A stretch of 64,000 bases of DNA from contig NW_024704743.1 in the NCBI RefSeq assembly GCF_018977255.1, positions 103,418,001 to 103,482,000 on the forward strand. The letters run 5' to 3'. The notes under the pieces were generated by a model. It did no database searches, was not told where the DNA came from, and was given only the letters and a program-made list of their open reading frames with translations. Positions 38,241 to 50,400 of this stretch are shown here, one piece after another. Positions within the stretch are counted from its first letter, which is position 1. The number at the start of each line of letters is the position of its first letter. The stretch comes from Callorhinchus milii. Its lineage: Eukaryota. The translations under genes were made by a program, and so were the position numbers.

Positions 38241-40209
38241 GCGACGTGAAAGGCGCTCTATAAATGTAATTTTGTTGTTATTTTTTGAGCTATTTTGTGC
38301 TTGCTTTTCTATTTGGAACTTATTGCTGGTTAGAACATCAACTGGCTTGCTTGCAACTATAACTACAACCCATGGGAACAAAATGTGCTTCTGGATATTA
38401 TTCAAAGGAATAACCTTTGCATTTAGATAGATAAAGTAATGTAACTGCATTACCATAGCTGCAATGGTATAAAAGGTTGATATTAAAATGTCAGAATATG
38501 GATACTGTGATTTTGCTACATATACATTCAATATGACTCATAATTCATGGAAATATTTTATTCATCTAAAATTAATCTGTAATACCTTAATATGCTCAAC
38601 ATTTTTTATTTCAATAAAAATCCCAAAACTCTCTAGTTGTGAATTAAAATGGACTAGAATATTATTGAAATGAATAAGATAAAGTCTTGGCTTTAAAAAT
38701 GTCCATACATTAAAACTACACATAAGTGGATTTGACATCATTGCTCTTTATCAAGCAAGATACCTGCAGAAATTTCCCTTTATTCTCTGAAATATTTAAG
38801 TCTTCATTCACAGCCCACCATAAATATCTACTCAAGTTCTCATACAATTTGTTCTTTTCAAAATTATGGATTACAAATTATTTCTTTCTTATTGAGATTA
38901 AACAATTCATCATTTCAACCAACATATTTCTCTAGTCTCTATTACATTTATAGTTAAATTGCCATTAAAAACTAATGCTCCTTTTCCATACCGAATGTTC
39001 TACTATTATCTCCCCTCTCCTCCTCTTCTGCTCTTGGAGATCTTGCATTCCTATCCCCCTCTATTGGGGGATGAGTGTTTAAATCCCACACTATCAGCTC
39101 TTCACTAACATTAAAAATGAAAGTGATCCAACAGATCACCTCCAAACTTTAAATTGAAAGTTGTGTTAAATTACAACTTGTAGAAATATGGATATGAGAT
39201 ATGAATGACTTCAACACAACAACTTGCACTTATATAGCTCCCTCCAAGCAGGGTAGCATCTCAGAGCGCTCATTCCTTTTCTTAAGCCAAGTTGTATTGC
39301 TTAAACAACTTGCATTTACGTAGATCCTCGTACAAAAACATTTTTCAAAGCTATTAATAAATGAGGAAAACTGGATCGCATGTAAGAATGAGAGGAGAAC
39401 AAAGACACAGGCAAAGTAATGGGTACTCAGGAGGAATTCAGAGAGAAAGGTAGAGCAGCTAAAACACTTATCAAAAGCTGCTGTTGTGTTTGAGCCCTGA
39501 CCATCCTGGCCAAGTCAGGGGGTTTATACCTCAGTTTTTGGACCAATCTTCTAGAAAACATTTGCTGGTAATGTATTATGTTTTATGAAGAATTGACAAC
39601 AGTTTCAATATCAAATAAGAAAAATCATATTTTTAATTCCATTGAATTGTATATGAAAAAGAAAACACTTATAAGATATCTCTAGCAATATATTCACAAG
39701 AGACAGATGCCTGTGTTCTTGCAAGAAACACAAAAGTAATTTAAGTCTGGGGAGGCAAGAAGAAAGCCAGTCGGGTCACGCCAGTTTCAATGATATCACA
39801 TACACAAGCGAGATTCAGATGAAGAAGACACTTTGGCCTATTTGATCCCATGTTTCATATTAAGACTTTTAATTCATGTAACTGACAAAATGCAGTGCTG
39901 GGAGGGGTGGAGTGTTGCATTGTTGGAGGTGGCGTTAGATGAGATGAGACGTTAAACTGAGATCCCTACTAAAGGTCTCATGGCACTAATTGAAAAGAGA
40001 AAGGAATTTCTCCCAGTATCCTTGCCAACAATCCCCAAATAAAAGATGATTATTCACATCTAGGCTGTCTGTGAGACATTACTGTGCATAACTGGGCTGC
40101 TGTTTACACCTACAAATAAACAATCACTACAATTTAGAGCAGACGTTTGTGCAGCACTTTGAGACATCTTCCCAACATGAAAGGTGCTATTCTAAATCCA
40201 AGAGTTTTT

Positions 40210-40440
40210 CTTACAATTATCATTATTTTTATCCTTCCAGAATACCCATCTAGCATCCTCCCATCACAGCATCATGCTGTATTATGACTGAATCCAATGT
40301 CCTCTCCTCAATCGACTCGATCATAAAATGTGACAACTTGCTCCAGTCATTCATTATCCTCAGGGTAAAAAAAAAACTTCCTATTTGTAAAATTGCCTTT
40401 TGCAACCTTGACCTGTGCTCTCTTGCTCTCCTGCTTGACA
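40210..40440 (-). mobile_element. Old CR1 3' fragment
   Basis: FFTLRIMNDWSKL-like translation; similar to 2230-2400. Confidence 0.55.
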
Positions 40441-40878
40441 TAGGCAAAAATGGTATTCTGGGTCCAGCTTTTCAGTCCCATTTAGAATCTCATGTACAAT
40501 CATTTGCATGAAGAATGCTGATGTTGGCAATATGCTATAATTCAGCATAAAATGCATGTATAACAGCGCTTGCCAAACACATGTCATGTGAATAGCCTTG
40601 AAAATCATTACCATTTATTTCTATGTACAGTATATTCTGCACACAAGTGCTCAGTGTTCAAAATCTGAATTTTTTAAAGTAATAGTGATGAAAACTTGGT
40701 CAAGTTCCTTAATGGTAAACAACATGAATTAGATTTAACAGCTATCCAAGCACAATCATGTGAGAGGCTGGATTGACTGCTTATGTGACAGTAGCCCAGC
40801 TGAAATAATATAATGCCGCTAGTACTTCAAATGGGATGTTAACCCGAGGTCCTGTCTGCCTGTTCAGGTGGATGTTAA

Positions 40879-41160
40879 TAATAAATAATAATCCTTGCAT
40901 TTGATATAGCACTTTTCACATCTTCTAGATGTCTCAAAGCGCTTCACAGAATAGACTGTAAAGTGAATTGACTGTGTATTTTTTTTGTGGGAGAAATGCG
41001 GCAGCCAATTGTGTACAACAGTGCCCCACAAACAGTCATGGATTGAAATGACCAATTTATTATTGTTTTTTTTAGGGATTATTATCAGGCGTGGAGTAAG
41101 GAAACTTGCCCAAAGTTTCATCCTGCCTGGAATCGAACCCAGGTTTCTCTCTTGCAAAGG
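40879..41160 (-). mobile_element. tRNA-Ala SINE, slightly 5'-truncated, nested in an older DeuSINE-like element (~40790-41405) with 8-bp TSD
   Basis: GATGTTAA at 40871-40878 and 41162-41169. Confidence 0.9.
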
Positions 41161-41724
41161 TGATGTTAAGGTTTCATGGCACTATTTTAAAAGAGAAGGG
41201 AGTTTCTCTCCCAGTGTCCTGGCCAATGATTCCCCAAATGAAATTCGTCACTCAATCCTTGGCTGTTTGCGGGACATTGCTGTACAAACTTTCTCACAAA
41301 ATACCCAGTCACTCCACTTTACGGTATATCCTGTGAAACACCCTGGGTACGTCCTCATGATATAAAAGGTGCTATATCAAATGCAAGGATTGTTATTATT
41401 ATTGTCATCTCTAGGGCAATTAATACTTTCCTTTTAGAGTCTGGAAATGATGTGTCCCCCAGAATTAATGTGAACTTATTTTGTTTATATTAAGTACTAA
41501 GATTTGATTTGGCAGTTCAATTTGTCTCATGTTATCCTATCCAATTGAGAATGAAAGTGAACAGATAAGTAATAATCCTTGCATTTGACATAGCAACTAT
41601 ATTGTCAAAATGTCTCAAAGTGCTTCACTGCAAATTGTTGTCAAGTGTAGTGACTACTTAGTTGTAAAATTAAGCAGTTCATTAAAGTAAGTATTAAGTA
41701 AAATTAAGTATTTAATTTAAAATT

Positions 41725-41857
41725 AAGTCCTGTTCGACCATGCTTATGGCTACCTCGCCCCTTCCCTCGGATCGGAGTCAGGCTCTGCCACTGTTAAGCA
41801 CTCTGAAACGCTTCCTTGGGTGGAGAGCGCTATATAAGTGCAAGATGTTGTTGTTGT
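41725..41857 (+). mobile_element. L2 3' end (type-2 tail)
   Basis: TAAGCACTCTGAAACGC...GAGAGCGCTATATAAGTGCAAGATGTTGTTG. Confidence 0.75.
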
Positions 41858-42759
41858 AAGCAAATGTGGCAGATAATGTTTGCACAGCGAGGTCCCACAA
41901 ACAGCCATAAAGCAAAAACAAATAATTTTATCTAGATGTTTATTGGCCAGATGAAATGGTGTAGTTTAGGCTATTTGCACTACTTACCAAAGGACCCATA
42001 CTGGGTCTGAAGAACATTAGAAAGCATAGAGTGAGAAAAGACTATTCAGTCCATTAAGTCTTCTCCTTCCATAGACCATGTCCAATTATAATAAAATAGA
42101 TATAAAATCAATAACATTCCTCCTCATATGTCCTTTAATTAGCCATGGAAAGTTATGGTCCTGAGATACTTCTGCCCTGACATAGATCAAAGCAGCATAT
42201 GAACCATTAAATCTGCAATATTTGAGCTCTCAATCTAGATTCTGTTTGTTGCAAAATATATTTTGTCTCAATTACAATACAGGATGAGTATTTGGGGGCT
42301 CTTTGAGTAACATTAAAATTCAGAGCAGATAAATAAAATTATTCAAATTTCATTTTTTTTAATGTGGAAATATTGTCTCTTCTTCCGAGCTGCATCAGAC
42401 AGTGTTGTTTTACAGATATTTGGGAAAAAATAACCATGAAAAAAATGTTGAGTCTCTACATTAAAAGCAAACATTATTAAAAACTCAGATTTATTGTTTC
42501 TACTGTACATATCCAAGCTTGAATGAATGAGGGTGTTAATCTGGAAATATGGGAAAACATCCAATATCTATTTGTAGTGAAAGGAGTCCAGATTTCACAT
42601 AGGTCTAGACTTATGCAGCTATAATAAATAAAAGTGACACCACTCAGAATGGGAATAGTTGAGACCCAGCTCATCAATAATGGCAACATTTAATTGGGGA
42701 ATTGCTAAGGTGAGCAAGAGTATATTTTTTTAAATGAGATTGGAATGTATTATTTAATT

Positions 42760-43340
42760 TTAAATAAAGACTGCAAATAAGGTCCTTAGCTTTATGTCTA
42801 GAGGAATATAAGGAGTTCAAAAGTAGAAAAGTAATGTTAATTTATATAAAACATTGGTTAGACCAAAATGGGAATTCAGTACACAGTTCTGGTCACGATA
42901 CTGTAGGAAGAATACTGCAGCAATGGAGAAAGTCAATGTAGATTTACAAATATGTTATTAGGGATGAGTAGATGCAGCTTTCAAGAAAGATTGGACAAGT
43001 TGTAAAACTTCTTAAGCAGGGAGAAGGGGGAGAATGTGGAACTCATTGGGGGAGGCTGTGACTGAAGAAGAAAGTATCAATGCATTTAAGAGGAAACTTG
43101 ATGCATACATGACAGAGAGCAAAAATAGAGGAGTTTTTGAGATGTAATAATAATCCTTGAATTTGATATAGCACTTTACCATGTCATCAAGACGTCTCAA
43201 AGTGCTTCACAGGATATAATGGAAACCGGTTTGACTGTGTATATAATGAAGGCTGGTGGTGTGTGTGAAGTAGAAACACAGGCACAGACTAGTTGGGTCG
43301 AATAGCCCAGCTCCATGCCGTAATGTTGCATGTAATTTCA
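42760..43340 (+). mobile_element. Old CR1 3' fragment with nested SINE tail (~43145-43245)
   Basis: GTTAGACC...ACAGTTCTGGTCAC (RP.LEY..QFWSP region); CR1 tail GTTGGGTCGAATAGCC. Confidence 0.7.
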
Positions 43341-43890
43341 TGCAATTTATTGTACAATAGAAAATACAAACAATACAAATGCATCCTGAAAACCATTTAG
43401 CTATTTTAATCCAGTCCCTGAACGTATATTTTCTCTCTGTTCCACTATCATTATCACTGGAACAATAAAAATGTCAAATCACTGCCCAGCATGACATACT
43501 CTCTTTCAAAGGATTTAAATAAACAAAGTGTGGTTACTTATTAAGTTTTTTGTTTCTTGGTCTACTTCCTAAATACTTCCATTCAGCATTGATTAATTGT
43601 GACCACATTAAGACCCTAAAGGGTGAAAAAAAATTGAAAATCAAGATCAATATCAAGTACAGGACTTCCAATACAGAAATTACTACAGTTGTTTTACATT
43701 CGCTAACAAATAAAAGGCCTCTTGTATGAAGCACATATCTCTATCAAAGTACATACCTATAGATTGACACAATACAGTAAGTCCAATTATGAAGAGAAGC
43801 TTCATAATATAATTCTAGGACTTCAGGATTTAACATGACTGGATACAATGCAACTAATCACAATTCACTCATATTGATTATTCACAAATT

Positions 43891-44217
43891 GTGGAGTCCT
43901 GTAGCTCAGTGGTTAGAGCACTCGCTTTGCAAGCGAGAGACCTGAGTTCAATTCCAGGCAGGGCGAAACCTTGGCAAGTTTCCTTACTCCACACGCCTAA
44001 TAATAATCCCTCCAAACAACCAAAAACAATAATAAAAAATTGTTCATTTTCAATCTACGACTGTTTGTGGGACATTGCTGTGCGCAATTGGCTGCTGAGT
44101 TCGCCCACAAATATACAGTCAATTCACTTTACAATGTGTTCTGTGAAGCGCTTTGGGACATCCTCCCGACGTGAAAAGCGCTATATCAAATGCAAGGATT
44201 ATTATTATTATTATTAT
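43891..44217 (+). mobile_element. Full-length young tRNA-Ala SINE
   Basis: Head, core, stem-loop and (ATT)n tail. Confidence 0.95.
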
Positions 44218-47200
44218 TTGTGCCATAATGTTCATGTATTCAGAGCTTGGAATCCACCCTGATTGAGGTACAGAGAGGGAAGCATTTGCTGCTGAAACTC
44301 CACACTTCCAACAGGTGGAATCATCACTCAATGGGTAGGAATGTGTGTGCAAATTATGGGCTAGAGAATAGTGAAAATGCTCTCTTGCTTTTCATGCTCA
44401 GCTTTGCTGCTCATCAAAAAATGCATAGGTACCTTATGATACCTCATAATTTATCAGATGGCAAATGACCAACTTGTCACTATCCTTCTTGGAACCCGCC
44501 AGGCTCACGAAGGTCTCCTTGGAGTTGAGCTGACTCCAAGGTAATGTGCTTGGCAACGGAATGTCAGAATCAAGTCTGCCCTCTGTGGCGGTCTCGGTAG
44601 TCTAGTTCATGAGTGTGGCAGGTCTACACAGATCACAGATGGCAGATCAGCTAGGCTGGTTCATTGGCATGACTTGAAGACAGTTAACTGAGAACATGTA
44701 ATTTTCCCATTCAGCTCTTGTTAACCCTACAATCCAAAGCACTGAGAGGTAGGGCAGTCCAAGCTAGACGAGCAGCTCACCAAACATAGCTCAAGATGCA
44801 GACTGCTGAAATATCAGAATGTTTTACAAAGTATAACCAAACTGATAGGCTTATCCCTTCTTAACAGCCTTTTGCTATAAGACATGAATAATGTTAAATG
44901 TCCCTCAAGCACCCTACAGGATAGCTAACAGGTCTATATATGTATGAAAGTCCTTCTGTACATGTATATGTTTCCCCCTGGCTGTACTTAAATGCCTGCC
45001 AACTATAACTTACATGAAAATACACTAAGCTCTCTGTGATTTAAACAATAGACAAGTACTGCAAACATTTTATTGACCTACTGATTTTCCCTTTTTTAAG
45101 GAGGAAAAACTAAATTATCTCAGTGTGACGTTTCTCCCTTGTAAATTACTGAATGCCCATAAATATTGTGTTGTTTTCTCAATCTAATACATACTGAACA
45201 CACAGCATTCCAGCATCCAGCTGCAGATTATTTTTAAGTCAGTAATTCTGCAATAATAACGCATCAACATCTTTAGTATTCTTCCTTGAGTGTTGAACTG
45301 TAACATTTCAATCTGCCAGATTCTCTACAAAAATCCATAAAATGCTACCATTGGAGTATGTCAAAACTGAGTTGTGAAGATAGGTAAATTTCTTCAGAAT
45401 CAACATACTTTTAAACAATGAGGATGAATACAAATTAGAAGCAGAAAATTGCTGGTGCTGAAACACCAATGGTCATGAAACTAATCGTATGCAACTTGCA
45501 ATAAATACCAGAGCAGCAAGGGTCATGGGTTTCTAAAGTATTATTGTTGCAATTTTAAGGAAACATTTATGTAAATTATGGGAAAAACAGTAATTATCAT
45601 ACAAATTGCTTTGCACAGTAATGTTACTCTTGTTTGTCAACGAAAACTAAAATTGATCCAGGTATTCTATTATTCAAACAGGCAAGTGAATTACATTAGA
45701 CAGGACATGAAACTCCTTTGGTATTGGAATTCAAGATGGAATCTAATGGATTGAAAATGGAGTTTAATCTTAACACTAGCAGTTATGTTTGTTATCTAAC
45801 CTCCTTGAATAATTTGCAGCAGGTAATTAGTCTATCCTTTTTTTGTCACATTTCAAACAGTAAACACATTGGATGAATTATCTAAGGATTTTCATCTGTA
45901 TTACACTGAACATTTATATACATCTAGTGTCATGCTATCAGAATGAGTTGACATATCTCTGAACTATCCACACAAGCTCAGGGAACATAGCCTGGCACTT
46001 AACATATTTCCTGTCACTCCTTCCACAGCGACACAGAAATAATCCCAAAAGACAGACAATAAGCACAGCACACCATCAAAACAATACCTTTTGTGCAAAC
46101 ATTTCCAGAGCTCTCTGCATCATGAAAATCGTAACTCAGTGAATGCTGCAGGCAAACTGATAGTAATTTTACCAAACACCATATAAATTCATAACTAGCC
46201 TGTGGTTAACAGCCAGTAGATTTGTAGTATTGAAACATTGACTGCCATAGCTATCACCAGTTATAATTAACAGATTGTCAGGCTTTCTGACCTTGCAGTT
46301 TTCCGAGTCTCCAATTTCCCCATTCCTCCTTCCCTCCTGCCTTCATAAAATGTGTTGGGTCCAAAGTCACTTGAATCATCCATTCGGTCAGCCCATATGC
46401 CTACTAACATGTTGCTTCACACACATTAGTGTTTCAGAGCATGTTCACGAAACACCATGTTAACTCAAGTTGACCCCCAAAAAGCCAAGAAGAGTAAGTT
46501 GATAGTGACTGGATTTGCAGTCAGTTAATCATGAAGCCTGATATCTTAGGTAATGAGGAATTAAATTCCAAATTCACAGGGTCAATAAGTCTGAATACCA
46601 ATCTTGACTTACATCATAACTCATCTGTTCTCACAGGTCAAATTGTGCTAATTCCGAGAAATAACTTTAACTGCAACATTGTACAACAGCAGGGATATCC
46701 CTTTGGGGAAGAAAGGGGAGAAAGGAAAAATTCTAACCAATCCACTCCTAGTGTGCTAGCCAACATCCTCCAAATACATTGATCATTCTCTTCATGGTTG
46801 TAAGGTCTGCTGTGGGTAGAAAATAGCTTCAGCATTTGCCTGCTTCACAGTAGAAGTACAGTTCTTTCAATCATTCATAGAAGAGTACTGACCGATTCAG
46901 TCTAAAAGACACACCATCATAAGGAAACATCCATGATTAACATAACAGAACATAATATGTAGGAGCAGGAGTAGGCCATTCGGCCCTTCGAGCTTGCCCC
47001 TTTCTACTATGATTCATAGTAGAATTTCTCCAAAAAAGTAATAGTTATGAGTAACTGGAGAAAATAGTCTCCAACAGACAGTTAGTTTTTTTTTCACAAC
47101 AAAGGTTCAGAGGGATTCAGATGTGGAATGCTGTTGGTTCATTTCCTTTCAATTTTCGACAAAACCAACCCTGCTGTCCTTTTCATTGCAGCACCCAAAT

Positions 47201-47289
47201 TGGGCGTTTCAGCCCATGAGCCAGCTCTGCAATTTTGGCTCTTTATCTTTTTAATCCCATTTCCTGCATTTTCTTCATATATTTTAATC

Positions 47290-47408
47290 ACCTTAAAAGC
47301 CTGGCGCAGTTGGCCCTTGTTGGGAGATTGTGAATTTAGACCACTTAAGTGCCCAGGATGCTTCTCCACGCGAAGGACGCTATACAAATATAATTGTTGT
47401 TGTTATTA
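47290..47408 (+). mobile_element. L2 3' end (type-2 tail)
   Basis: TTAAGTGCCCAGGATGCTTCTCCACGCGAAGGACGCTATACAAAT...TTGTTG. Confidence 0.6.
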
Positions 47409-50400
47409 TATCAAGATTTGAGCACTTCATCCAGTCAAACACTCCAGCACAATGAATATGGTAATTGTCTGAGGTCTCCTGCTCTGTGTGAGGGCTTAAA
47501 CCAAAGTCTGGTTGTTTAAGTAAATGCAAAAGATCCCATGACACTGTTCAAAAAGAAATGTAAGCTTCTGGTCTTGTGGCCAACATCCTCCAGATAAATT
47601 GATCATTCTCTTCCTAGATGTAAGAACTGCTGCATGTACACAATGGTGACTGCATTTTCTTAATTTATAGCAATTATCCATGAAGTAGCTTTATATCAAA
47701 GTTATTGTATATAATAATGATAATAATCCTAGCATTTGATATAGCACTTTTCACTTTGGGAGCACTACAAAAATGCTTTACAAGATTTATTATAGGTGTG
47801 GAGATAGTGTATTTTATAGGCAAGCCTAAATTTGCATATTGTCAAACTATTGAGACATTGAATTTGTATTGGCTTGGGAAGCAAATTTATTATTATGAGT
47901 TTTGAAGAATAGGCAAGAAAATGGTGCCTTAATTGAGTAATAAAATATCAGCGTTCGCTACAAGAGCTGAATAGCCTTTCTTTAATGAATCCAGTGTTCT
48001 GGCTTCAAAGACCCATTTCAGCTGTTAATTGGAAGACTACAAACAAAGTTTACAAATTCCGAAATAAAGTGGTTACAAGAGACATATGAATGTGTTAATT
48101 AATTCCTAAAGCATTTTCAGTTGCATTGATAGCAGTCTTGAAAATGAAAACCATATCCTATATATATATATATGAAACCGATTGAATTAGACTAGTTTTC
48201 TATTTAAAGGATCACCCCACCATATATTAATGATTTACTCCTGACAATCCAGCAGAAGTAGAAGTTGGCAGCGTGAAAATTTGGAGTGGAAAATACAAAC
48301 CTGTTGGATGAATTACTCTGGAGATGGATAATTGCAACTTGACCTCAAAAAAAAAATTCAAATAAACACTAATTAATACGTTTAGCACATGATCCCTGTT
48401 ATTTGGATAATCCATTGCCCTGAACGTCTTTCACTGTACATATCAGCAACCACATTTGTTAAGGGTGGAACGTTTTACACATTTGTTTGTATGACAGTGT
48501 GTCTCCCTCCACTACAAAATCCTTGATCTCCCCAACCCTTAACTGTAGTCCTTCCTCTCCTCGGGACTCCCAGATGAATAATAATACAAGTCCACGGCGC
48601 TCACAACCTGCACAATGGCGATAGCATGGACTTGCAGGACAGAGCTGAATTTCCAAACTGCTCGAGTTGAAGTGCGCGTTGCAACAAATGCAATGAAGTC
48701 CTGGCCGCTGTTTGAGTGCTGCCACCCCCCACCCGTTCGTTATTCTTTCTGGGTAACTATGGACAGCATTTACGCCTTCAGGAGTTGGTGTGAGGAGCAC
48801 CGGGCGACCAGTCTTCGCTGAGCTACAGAAAACCTGCAGCAATTGTAAGTCTGTTGGCAGAGGCTGTGCAGCCCTGTCTGGGGCTTGTGCGTTGCTGATG
48901 AATTATGAAAGGCACAGCCGAGCAGTCAGTTAGCAGCTTGTAATTGACATGATTTTTTTTTCCTTACAACACGCCACGTTCGTGATGGCTGGAGCAGGCG
49001 ATAGACCTTTGAACGTATTAATCTCATCTCATTGCCAATGACTGCAGTGGGGACTGGGCGATTTTTGTCTTGGCCACATCGAGCGGAATTAAACCCCCCC
49101 CCACCACCCACCACCACCACCACCACCCACACCCCGCTTTCCAGGAGCCTGAGGATTATTGCCCACTGACTTGCTTGTTCAGTGCCCACCCCCCCCACCC
49201 CCCCCCCCCCCCCCCCACACACACACAGACACCACACCGCCATCATCACAACGTGGGGACAAATCCTCCCTTGTCGCCTCTGCACCTCTGTGTGTCTCAG
49301 TGAGATCACATCTGCCCCAGGATTTTTTCTAAAAAGTATTACAGGTTTCAAGCGTTGCGAAATGATTCGATTCCGCCTCTTCCCTGTCTCTGCCAGGATT
49401 TTCACTTGAAGCAAAACACCCCCTCTTTCTCCTCTTCTCTCTCTCTCTCCCTCTCCCCTGCTCTCAAGCTATGTTCTCTCCTCTCCTATATTGACTGTGC
49501 GCTTTTCGTAAGTGCCCAATACAGGTGGGGAAGCTACTTCCAAACTAGGCGGGTGCCAAAGCCATCGTCAGATCCAGAATACAAAAAAAAGGAAAATGAC
49601 CAATATCCACAGTGTTGCCTTGTGCAAAAGCCTTCGATCCAGCCGCAAATGAATTGTTTTGCAAAATTGCACTGTCGCCCTCCCTCGCTCGCTCGCTGCT
49701 AAACATAAAGAGATCAAACAGTCCCCAATAACTGTGAATGCGTCACTTGCTGATGAATCAGAACTGGCTTTAATGCTGTTGGATTAATGAGCATTTTTTT
49801 TCCTGAGGCTGTAACACACCCACTGGTCAGGAAACAGGTTCCCCCCCCCCCCACACACACACACACCACACCCCCCCCCCCTGCACAACCCACAGGCAAC
49901 TTCAATCCAGAATAAACTCGCAAGTGGCTCGATTTGATGTTTGATGGCAGACTGCAAAACCACAAGCGGGTGAATGTCGGTGACAGTACAGCCAACACCA
50001 AACGAGGGCTTTACCCTGTACCCCACTCTCTCCTGTTTCACCGGTCCTAACAAAAGACTGTGCCACTTCAGTATTATTCATTCACCGCCCTTTTTTTTTG
50101 GGGGGGGGGCTTTGATTTGCTCCTTCCATTCCCTTTCTCCCTCCCAATCCAAGAGACGTGTTTATCCATATCCACAGTGTGTGTGTGTGTGTGTGGGTTT
50201 GTGTACACGAGCGTGTAAGGTGTGATGTGCGTGAGGGGGTCTGTGTGTCTGTGTGTGTGTGTGGGGGGGGGGGGGGGGGGGGATGCATGTGTGTGTGCGT
50301 GTGTGAGTGTGTGTGAGTGTGAATATTTCCGTCCAAGCTTCGGGGACGTGGAGGCAAAAAACGTCGCTGTCCAAGTCCTGAAAGCTCGACCCGGCGGCGC

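Noticed and set aside
40685..40760. C-box-like GTGATGA start suggesting a C/D snoRNA
   Set aside because: No appropriately placed CTGA D box or terminal stem
43891..43968. tRNA-Ala gene
   Set aside because: Every copy continues into the same SINE body and tail; imperfect T stem; called SINE head instead
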